From positions 1 through 26,868 of the forward strand of contig JAZDJU010000130.1 in assembly GCA_043803685.1 (NCBI GenBank): a DNA stretch of 26,868 nt, given 5' to 3'. Under the pieces are notes generated by a model. That model was not told the DNA's origin and made no database searches. It saw only the letters and a list, made by a program, of their open reading frames with translations. Source of the DNA: Candidatus Omnitrophota bacterium (lineage in GTDB: Bacteria > Omnitrophota > Omnitrophia > Omnitrophales > Aquincolibacteriaceae). The position numbers and the translations under genes are program-made. Below, piece by piece: positions 9,241-17,143 of this stretch (position 1 is the first letter of the stretch; every line of letters starts with the position of its first letter).

Positions 9241-9320
9241 ACGATCTCCTGCTCCTTGCCGTTGTCCCGCTCAGCCAGTTCATCGTCACCGTTCAAAATA
9301 GTGCAGAGTGCCATGGCTTC

Positions 9321-9479
9321 AGTGTCACAGTGTCACGAAGTGTCATAGTGTCAGAGTAAAAGCTTTTACTTTGACACTCTACTTATCAATTTCAACGGAG
9401 TTGAAATTGGGGCTGTCCAAACTACCCTTTCGGAAAAAGAAAGAAAAAGTTTGGACTGATACTTTGATACTCTGATACT
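9321..9479. repeat. Octamer (AGTGTCAN) tandem repeat with nested inverted repeats
   Basis: AGTGTCA at 9321, 9329, 9339, 9347; hairpin 9347-9378; stem 9387-9396/9400-9409; stem 9415-9423/9448-9456; inverse-type TGATACT at 9457, 9465, 9473. Confidence 0.85.
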
Positions 9480-9499
9480 GGTTTTCGGCTTTGATGCTC

Positions 9500-11050
<1,551 letters not shown>

Positions 11051-11096
11051 TTTTCATCTTCCGCTCTACGCTATCCCCTGTTTACTCGTTGACCCG

Positions 11097-11969
11097 CTAA
11101 CCCGTTTCCGCGCCACCGGATTTATGCTTGATGATAATCTGGGAGGAGAATAACTCCCGGGTGTTTTTATCGATCAGCTCATGAAACGCGTGGAGGTATT
11201 GTCTCCTCAGCAGCTTTTTCTTTTCCACGAGCTCCTGGCCGCTTCTTTCAAGATGAACGGCCCGGGCGGCGAACTCCGAAAGCTTGCTGTCCTCCAGAAG
11301 CTCGATAAGTTTGTTCTCAATGAAGACCTCCGCAAGATATTCGATAATCCCTTCTTCCGGAGATTCCAGGATCAGGTCCGGTTCGGCCTCCGTTTTTTCC
11401 TTCTCCGGAAAGAGCCCCGTAAGCGGAAAAAGCTCCACCGCTTCTATTTTCAGCTGCAAAAAGGAGATTGGACGGGGATAGAAGACGGTAACCCTGCCGA
11501 ATCTCTCTTCCCGGATACCTTTTGTAATATACCGCTCAATGGCCCGGGCGAGGACGGCCCGGCCTTCCGCGTTCGCTGACCCCTTGAAAGAGGTGTGCTT
11601 CTTTCCGAAGTCTTTCAAATATCGCGCGCCGGACTCGCCCACGACGATATACTCGGCGTCTCCGGAACCGGCCCGAAGGGCCGCGGAATCCATGACCTGA
11701 AAATTAAGGTCCCCCATAAACCCCTCGTCGGAAGTGATCATCACCAGAAGGGGTTTCTCGACGGCCGGACGAATGAACCTGTGGGGGGTCTTGTTCGCGT
11801 CAAGCAGTCTGAAAAAACCGCTCAAAAGTTTTGCCATCCTGAGGAATCTTTCTCTCTTCTTCAGCAGGGAACGGTACTGGAAAACGGCGACATTCTTCAT
11901 GATCTCGAGAAGGTCTGCAAGCTCATGATTGAATTTCAGATCTTCCTTGAGTTCCTGCGACCCCGGCAT
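11097..11969 (-). CDS. atpG: F-type ATPase gamma subunit, divergent
   Basis: 290 aa between alpha and beta; IMKNVA (compare AMKMVA), ITSDEGFMGDLN (compare SDRGLCGxFN), SEFAARAVHL (compare SEQAARM). Confidence 0.82.
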   Translation of the reverse strand: MPGSQELKEDLKFNHELADLLEIMKNVAVFQYRSLLKKRERFLRMAKLLSGFFRLLDANKTPHRFIRPAVEKPLLVMITSDEGFMGDLNFQVMDSAALRAGSGDAEYIVVGESGARYLKDFGKKHTSFKGSANAEGRAVLARAIERYITKGIREERFGRVTVFYPRPISFLQLKIEAVELFPLTGLFPEKEKTEAEPDLILESPEEGIIEYLAEVFIENKLIELLEDSKLSEFAARAVHLERSGQELVEKKKLLRRQYLHAFHELIDKNTRELFSSQIIIKHKSGGAETG

Positions 11970-11977
11970 TTAGCGCC

Positions 11978-12132
11978 TCATCTTTCGTCGTTCGTATATC
12001 GTCTCTCGTCTCTCGCGAGTGTCATAGTGTGCGAGCTTGCGGGTTTGCGAGTACGCGAGTGTACGAGTGTGCGGGTTAAACCCGTTCACCCGTTAACCCG
12101 CTTACCCGTTCACTCGTTTACCCGCTCACCCG
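11978..12132. repeat. Composite repeat: TCGTCNN heptamers plus CGRGTNNN/CCCGTTNA octamer hairpin
   Basis: About five TCGTCNN-like heptamers, then octamers cgagcttg cgggtttg cgagtacg cgagtgta cgagtgtg cgggttaa, mirrored by cccgttca cccgttaa cccgctta cccgttca ctcgttta cccgctca. Confidence 0.85.
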
Positions 12133-12134
12133 TC

Positions 12135-13601
12135 TTAGGAGCCTTCCTTCCACTGACTGTGACAAAAATCCACGAGGCATTTTTTGAGCACGGCCTCCTC
12201 CTCTTGAGAAAGAGGAACACCCATTTCCAAGTTTTTGACCACCGCCGGCGACTCGCGCAAGGCAAAAGCAAGGACCTCCTTTTTAAATCGTCCGAATTGC
12301 TCGTCCGTCAGATTGTCGAGAATCCTTTCCCTGAAGGCATAATAAAAAACGGCTTGTTCGGCAACGGACGAAGGGCAGTCCCTCTCCTGGATGAAAAGTT
12401 TCTCGAGCTTCTCGCCGTGACGCAGGCGGGAGCTGATTTCCTCGGAGATGCCCGAACGCAGCCTCGTGGCCTTCAAAAGCTCCCGGTACTGGATATATTT
12501 TAATTCAAGGTCCTGGGTCAGCTCCCTGAAACCCTTCGGCTGGATCTTCGTCCCGATACGCGAAACCGAAAGCCCGAGGTCCACGGCGGGCTTGAACCCC
12601 TCCCCAAGAAGCGTGGCATTGAGATAGATCTGCCCATCGCTCATCGAGATAAGATTCGTGGGGATGAATCCGGAAATATCCCCCTGCAAGGTATTGGCGA
12701 TCGAAAGCAAGGTCATGGAACCCCCGCCATGTTTCGCGGATAAATGAGCGCCACGCTCCATGAGCTGAGCGTGCAAATAAAAAATATCTCCCGGATAAGC
12801 TTCCCGACCGGGAGGCCGTTCCAGCAGAAGCGATAACTCGCGATAGGCCCAGGCATGTTTGGTGAGATCATCAAAAACGACCAACACATCCCTGCCCGAA
12901 TGCATAAAGTACTCGCCCAGGGCGGAGGCCGTGTACGGGGCAAGGTACTGCTCCCCAATGGGGGCAGAAGCAAGCGCCGCCACCACGATCGTGTAATTGA
13001 GCGCGCCTTTTTCTTTTAAAAGACTGACCACTGTTTCGAAAGCGGAATAAGCGCTTCCGATACAGCAATAGATACACAGGACGTCTCTGCCTTTTTGGTA
13101 CAAGATCGTGTCCACCGCGATCGATGTCTTCCCGGACATCCGGTCGCCGATGATGAGCTGCCTCTGCCCCTTGCCGATGGGAAGGATCGAATCGATGATC
13201 CTGATCCCCGTCGCCATCATCTGGTTGACCGGTTCTCGATCGAGAACGGCAGGCGCTTCTCTGAAGATCTCCGCGAACGCATCCTCCTCGATCGATCCTT
13301 TTCCATCCAGACTCTCGCAAAGCGAATTAATGATCCTTCCTGAAAAATTCTTTCCCACCGGGATTTTGAAGGATTCTTCCCTTACATACACATTATCCCC
13401 GGATTTGATCCCTTTGGACATGCCCAAGAGCAGCACCAGGACCTCATTTTGATTGAAGCCCATGACAAAACCCTTCGTGCCGTTGGTGAATGTCACCAGT
13501 TGCCCCAGCATGCAATTCTGGAGGCCATCCACTTTGATGATGGATTGTCGGATCTCTTTAACGCGACCGACTTCACTTACGCTTACGGATTCGATGTCCA
13601 T
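12135..13601 (-). CDS. atpA: F-type ATPase alpha subunit, divergent and N-terminally short
   Basis: TGIRIIDSILPIGKGQRQLIIGDRMSGKT, VFDDLTKHAWAYRELSLLLERPPGREAYPGDIFYLH, PTNLISMSDGQI, GLSVSRIG (arginine finger). Start reassigned to ATG 13601, with GAGGA SD overlapping the upstream c-subunit stop. Confidence 0.93.
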   Translation of the reverse strand: MDIESVSVSEVGRVKEIRQSIIKVDGLQNCMLGQLVTFTNGTKGFVMGFNQNEVLVLLLGMSKGIKSGDNVYVREESFKIPVGKNFSGRIINSLCESLDGKGSIEEDAFAEIFREAPAVLDREPVNQMMATGIRIIDSILPIGKGQRQLIIGDRMSGKTSIAVDTILYQKGRDVLCIYCCIGSAYSAFETVVSLLKEKGALNYTIVVAALASAPIGEQYLAPYTASALGEYFMHSGRDVLVVFDDLTKHAWAYRELSLLLERPPGREAYPGDIFYLHAQLMERGAHLSAKHGGGSMTLLSIANTLQGDISGFIPTNLISMSDGQIYLNATLLGEGFKPAVDLGLSVSRIGTKIQPKGFRELTQDLELKYIQYRELLKATRLRSGISEEISSRLRHGEKLEKLFIQERDCPSSVAEQAVFYYAFRERILDNLTDEQFGRFKKEVLAFALRESPAVVKNLEMGVPLSQEEEAVLKKCLVDFCHSQWKEGS

Positions 13602-13614
13602 CAGAAATGCATCC

Positions 13615-13818
13615 TCATCGTGAAAACAGTTGGAACAAGACAACCAAGGCAATGACCGAAACGGCTTCGGCAAACACAAGCGCAACGATCACCGCGGTCA
13701 ATATTTTAGGGGCCGAGGAAGGCTTTCTCCCGCGCGCTTTTATGGCAGCGCAGCTGATCACCGCGGAAGGACCCAGAATGGCCGCGAAAAGCACGAGAAG
13801 TATTAAGGTGTTCCGCAT
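13615..13818 (-). CDS. atpE: F-type ATPase subunit c-like protein, paralog 2
   Basis: 67-aa helical hairpin, loop GRKPSS, conserved Glu in LVFAEAVSV; clear paralog of 14747..14959. Confidence 0.75.
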   Translation of the reverse strand: MRNTLILLVLFAAILGPSAVISCAAIKARGRKPSSAPKILTAVIVALVFAEAVSVIALVVLFQLFSR

Positions 13819-13840
13819 CTTTTTTTCTCTAAGAAATTAA

Positions 13841-13933
13841 TGTGTGCGAGTGAACCGGTGTACGGGTGTGCCGGTTTGCGAGTGTGCGGGTTCAACCCGT
13901 TTACCCGTTAACCCGATCACCCGTTCACCCGCT
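13841..13933. repeat. Second copy of the CGRGT/ACCCG octamer hairpin
   Basis: 13879-13915 matches 12064-12100 at 35/37 nt; the right arm extends into the last codons and stop of the b-delta gene. Confidence 0.85.
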
Positions 13934-14648
13934 CCCCTGTTAATTCCCGCCCAGCCTGCCGCATCCGGTTCTCAAGGCTTCCGTCAATAATGATCGATCC
14001 AAGCCGGATCACCAGGCCGACCGCAATCTTGGCATCTTTTTTCTCAACCCAGGGGACCTCATATCCCACACTTTGGCGAAAGGCCGATTCTATTTCGGAT
14101 CGGTCGATAGCCGACAAGGGATACGATGATAGGATCTCCCCATGGTCCACGCGGGTCTTAAAGAGGGATGGGTCCAGATGCTTGATCTTCTCGATCACGT
14201 CCCGGACGAGTTCTTGATGAGTCAGCGCCTTCACGTTCCCGGAAAGCACGGCCGAAAAAATACGGGCTGCAAAGAGCGGGGCCTTCCCCATCATCTCCAG
14301 AGAAATTTCTTCGCGCATTTTCTCTTTAGCGTTGAACACGGCTTTCATGATGCCCTCGGCATCCGCCTTGGCTTGATCCAGGATCTTCTGCCTCAGCTCT
14401 TTCGCATCCGCTTCGGACTTGGCGCTCAACGCCTGCGCGTGTTTCTCTGCCTCCGCGATCTTTTGATCAAAAGCGATCTGCGCCTGGTCGAGCTTCTCCT
14501 GAAGCTCCTTCTGTTGGGTCGCGGCCTTTTCTTTCAGAACCTTCAGCCGGCGCATTTCCTTGACCGATTCCGTATACAGGAATTTCCTCAGCACAAAAAC
14601 GATCGCCAGGAAAGTCACGACCTGCACAGCAACCATCACAATAACCAT
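13917..14648 (-). CDS. atpF: F-type ATPase subunit b fused to the C-terminal domain of delta
   Basis: N-terminal TM helix QVVTFLAIVFVLRKFLY, long charged coiled coil, then delta-C motif SSYPLS...D.KIAVGLVIRLGSIIIDGSLENRM. Confidence 0.82.
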   Translation of the reverse strand: MVIVMVAVQVVTFLAIVFVLRKFLYTESVKEMRRLKVLKEKAATQQKELQEKLDQAQIAFDQKIAEAEKHAQALSAKSEADAKELRQKILDQAKADAEGIMKAVFNAKEKMREEISLEMMGKAPLFAARIFSAVLSGNVKALTHQELVRDVIEKIKHLDPSLFKTRVDHGEILSSYPLSAIDRSEIESAFRQSVGYEVPWVEKKDAKIAVGLVIRLGSIIIDGSLENRMRQAGRELTGERVNG

Positions 14649-14668
14649 AAAACCCCTTTGCGCTATTC

Positions 14669-14734
14669 AGCGTAGAGCGTACAGCGCAGAGCGGATAGGA
14701 AAATCTGAACGCTACACGCTGTACGCTCTACGCT
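14669..14734. repeat. AGCGNNN heptamer hairpin with an 18-bp perfect stem
   Basis: AGCGTAGAGCGTACAGCG (14669-14686) is the exact reverse complement of CGCTGTACGCTCTACGCT (14717-14734); 7-nt period. Confidence 0.9.
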
Positions 14735-14746
14735 ACCGTTGCGTCG

Positions 14747-14959
14747 TCACCCCGCGAACAATTGAAATAGAACCAACAGACTGATCACGGCGACCGCCTC
14801 GGCAAAGATCAGGCCGATCACCATGGCCGTAATGATCTTCGGTCCCGAGGACGGGTTCCTGCCTAAAGAAATGATGGCTGCGTGAGAGATCAAGGCGATA
14901 GCGAAAGACGGGCCCGCGATCGTCACAAACATGATCACCAGAATAATATAATTACGCAT
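14747..14959 (-). CDS. atpE: F-type ATPase subunit c-like protein, paralog 1
   Basis: 70 aa with two TM helices, loop LGRNPS, conserved Glu in LIFAEAVAV; ATG overlaps the epsilon stop (TAATG). Confidence 0.82.
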   Translation of the reverse strand: MRNYIILVIMFVTIAGPSFAIALISHAAIISLGRNPSSGPKIITAMVIGLIFAEAVAVISLLVLFQLFAG

Positions 14960-15189
14960 TACTGCTCCACGAACGCTACCAACTCATTGTCCCGGAACTG
15001 CGCGACCCCTTTGCTAATGGCCAAAGCGGTATCTTTATCAAAAAGAATGATCCCTTCTTTTAATAAACTTACGAGAGGCTTGTGAAATTCCAGAATCTCG
15101 AATTCTCCCAAAACTCCCGAAAGAAAAGCGCTCTCGACCTCCCCCTCGAAAATGACTCGTCTAAGAGTAGTAACGGTCGCTTTGAACAT
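14959..15189 (-). CDS. atpC: F-type ATPase epsilon subunit, N-terminal beta-sandwich only (76 aa)
   Basis: MFKATVTTLRRVIFEGEVESAFLSGVLGEFEILEFHKPLVSLLKEG matches epsilon N-domain motifs; ATG 15189 lies 4 nt after the cyclase stop. Confidence 0.82.
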   Translation of the reverse strand: MFKATVTTLRRVIFEGEVESAFLSGVLGEFEILEFHKPLVSLLKEGIILFDKDTALAISKGVAQFRDNELVAFVEQ

Positions 15190-15193
15190 CGTC

Positions 15194-17131
15194 TTAAGCA
15201 AAATTGACGCCGCTACCGCCGGCGGCTTTACTTCGGTACATGGCCGCGTCCGCGGCCGCGAAGAGCTTTGATAAATTCTGTCCGGCGCCCGGATAGAGCG
15301 CCACCCCGATACTCGCACCAAGACGGAATTCCTGGTTCGCGGATTGGATCCGGGTCGTATGCTCCGAGACGGCCTTGCGGATCTTTTCGGCGATCTCCTC
15401 AGTGTTGATCCTCTTGATGTTCGGCAAGGCAATCGCGAATTCATCCCCGCCGTAGCGGCCTATGATGTCGTCTTGTCGCAGCGAAGAACGCAAAACCCCG
15501 ACAAATTCTTTTAGCACGGTGTCGCCGAAAGCATGACCGAACGTGTCGTTCGCCTGTTTGAATTTGTCGAGATCCAGAAGAAAGAAGGCCGCCTGAGTAT
15601 TATTTTTGCGGCAATGCTCAATGATCTCCAGGGACCTTTCCATGAAAGAATCGCGGCGATAAACCCCCGTAAGAGGGTCAAGCTCCGCCGATCTCCGGCG
15701 TTGGGTATAGAGGGAAAGAGTCACAATACTCAGAATGCCGAGGAACCCGACAATGGCGTAAATGATCTTCCAGGTCGTGGCGACGGTCGGGGCCTTCCCC
15801 CTGAAAATAGATTGGGCGATTATGTCGAACCCTTCATAGCCTCTCTTCCGGCGCAACCCCTCGCCTCCGCCGGCCTCGTCCGGCCATTTCACCGTCACCC
15901 CCGCGCTGACGCCGCGTTGGCTGACAAGCTTCTCAAGGTCCGCGACCTCTTGCTTGGCCGCCTGGAGCAGCTTCATGTTGTCCCGATAATAGGCAATATG
16001 CTCCATCGCGGAGACCTTGGCCTCCTGGGCCTTCAGGATCATCTCCATATTCGTATGGATCTTGTCTGAGGAACGCTTGGCCCGATCATAGAACTCACTC
16101 CCCTCGAGCAGCGTCAGGAGATTCTTCGTGTGGGCTTTCAACGCATCCACTTCGACCTTGGCGATCCTCCACATATCCTGAATCTTGACCACGAACTCTT
16201 TCATCTCTCCCGGGGCCAATGCGACAACGTCCTTATAAAGACAAAAACTTTCTTTCCCGAAATCATAAGTCATCTCGAGACCGCCGCTATCGAGGATATG
16301 CCGCGGACTAATCTCCGACGGGAGCACGAATTTCACGGGCGCATCCAGTTTTTTGTCCGGCGAAGGATTGGTGACCTTCACCTTCAGCTCAATGACAGGG
16401 ACCGCTGCCTTGGGTCCGCCCCCCGGCATGCCGGCAATCGGAACGGCAAGCGTCTCGGGGATCCGGACTCTCTCCGCCACGATCCCCCCGGTGTCGAGGA
16501 CCAGATTTTCAAGCATCCCCACGTCTTCCTTGACTTCGCCGAGAGCCACTTTGTCCTCATAGAACTGATTGATCCGCTCTTTGATGGGCGCCCCCCCGGC
16601 ATTTTCTTTCTTCCCGAGAGCGTCCAGCCGGGCATGGATATTCGCGGAGAGCGCATTCCCCGCCTCAAAATGTTTTGTGTCCTTCAGTTTCTGGACCAGC
16701 AGCGCCGTATGGTCTTTCAGGGAGCTCAGTTCCTGGGGAGGCAGGGTCCAGACATCGCGGAGCGTGACCTCCAGCACCTTTCGCTCGGAAGGCGCAAGTT
16801 CCGTCTGGCCCGAAAGGTAATAGATGCTTTTATCAAAATCATACTTCATCGCCAGCTCCCCGATATCCACGATCTGGCCAGGCCCGATCCCTTGGGGCAG
16901 ATCATACCGGACAGGGGCCGATTGCTTCTCGGTCGAGGAAGGATTCACCACCGCGATCTTCAGCTTCACGTCCGCCGAAGCGGAGGTGGAGAAGGAGAGC
17001 AAGAGGAATGAAAGGAGAATAGCGGATAGCGAGTGACGATAGACGATAGACGAAAGACGAGAGACGCATCGTCCCTCGTCCGTCATCCTTCGTCCGTCGC
17101 CCTTCGTCCGTCGTCCTTCGTCCGTCATCAT
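15194..17131 (-). CDS. Membrane-anchored diguanylate cyclase with a duplicated extracytoplasmic domain
   Basis: Signal peptide (...LLSFLLLSFSTSASA|D), two related ~160-aa domains, TM helix WKIIYAIVGFLGILSIV, then DPLTG, DLDKFKQANDTFGHAFGD, RQDD I-site, RYGGDEF, ADAAMYRSK. Alternative start at ATG 17086. Confidence 0.88.
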   Translation of the reverse strand: MMTDEGRRTKGDGRRMTDEGRCVSRLSSIVYRHSLSAILLSFLLLSFSTSASADVKLKIAVVNPSSTEKQSAPVRYDLPQGIGPGQIVDIGELAMKYDFDKSIYYLSGQTELAPSERKVLEVTLRDVWTLPPQELSSLKDHTALLVQKLKDTKHFEAGNALSANIHARLDALGKKENAGGAPIKERINQFYEDKVALGEVKEDVGMLENLVLDTGGIVAERVRIPETLAVPIAGMPGGGPKAAVPVIELKVKVTNPSPDKKLDAPVKFVLPSEISPRHILDSGGLEMTYDFGKESFCLYKDVVALAPGEMKEFVVKIQDMWRIAKVEVDALKAHTKNLLTLLEGSEFYDRAKRSSDKIHTNMEMILKAQEAKVSAMEHIAYYRDNMKLLQAAKQEVADLEKLVSQRGVSAGVTVKWPDEAGGGEGLRRKRGYEGFDIIAQSIFRGKAPTVATTWKIIYAIVGFLGILSIVTLSLYTQRRRSAELDPLTGVYRRDSFMERSLEIIEHCRKNNTQAAFFLLDLDKFKQANDTFGHAFGDTVLKEFVGVLRSSLRQDDIIGRYGGDEFAIALPNIKRINTEEIAEKIRKAVSEHTTRIQSANQEFRLGASIGVALYPGAGQNLSKLFAAADAAMYRSKAAGGSGVNFA

Positions 17132-17143
17132 TCGTCTCTCGTT
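17032..17143. repeat. GACGA/TCGTC heptamer inverted array overlapping the cyclase start
   Basis: gtgacga tagacga tagacga aagacga gagacg, then about ten TCGTCNN-like units (tcgtccc tcgtccg tcatcct tcgtccg ...). Confidence 0.85.

Noticed and set aside
7858..9348. 496-aa plus-strand ORF
   Set aside because: Antisense shadow of gspE with no recognisable motifs.
11595..12503. 302-aa plus-strand ORF, and similar long plus-strand ORFs (16130..17011, 18130..19212, 22600..23445, 25757..26560)
   Set aside because: All overlap well-supported minus-strand genes; their repetitive peptides simply reflect the DNA repeats.
13602..13685. 28-aa N-terminal extension of alpha
   Set aside because: Overlaps the c2 gene, does not resemble an alpha N-terminus, and ATG 13601 has a good SD.
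15190..15444. 85-aa N-terminal extension of epsilon in the ORF track
   Set aside because: Overlaps the GGDEF domain in another frame; epsilon homology starts at ATG 15189.
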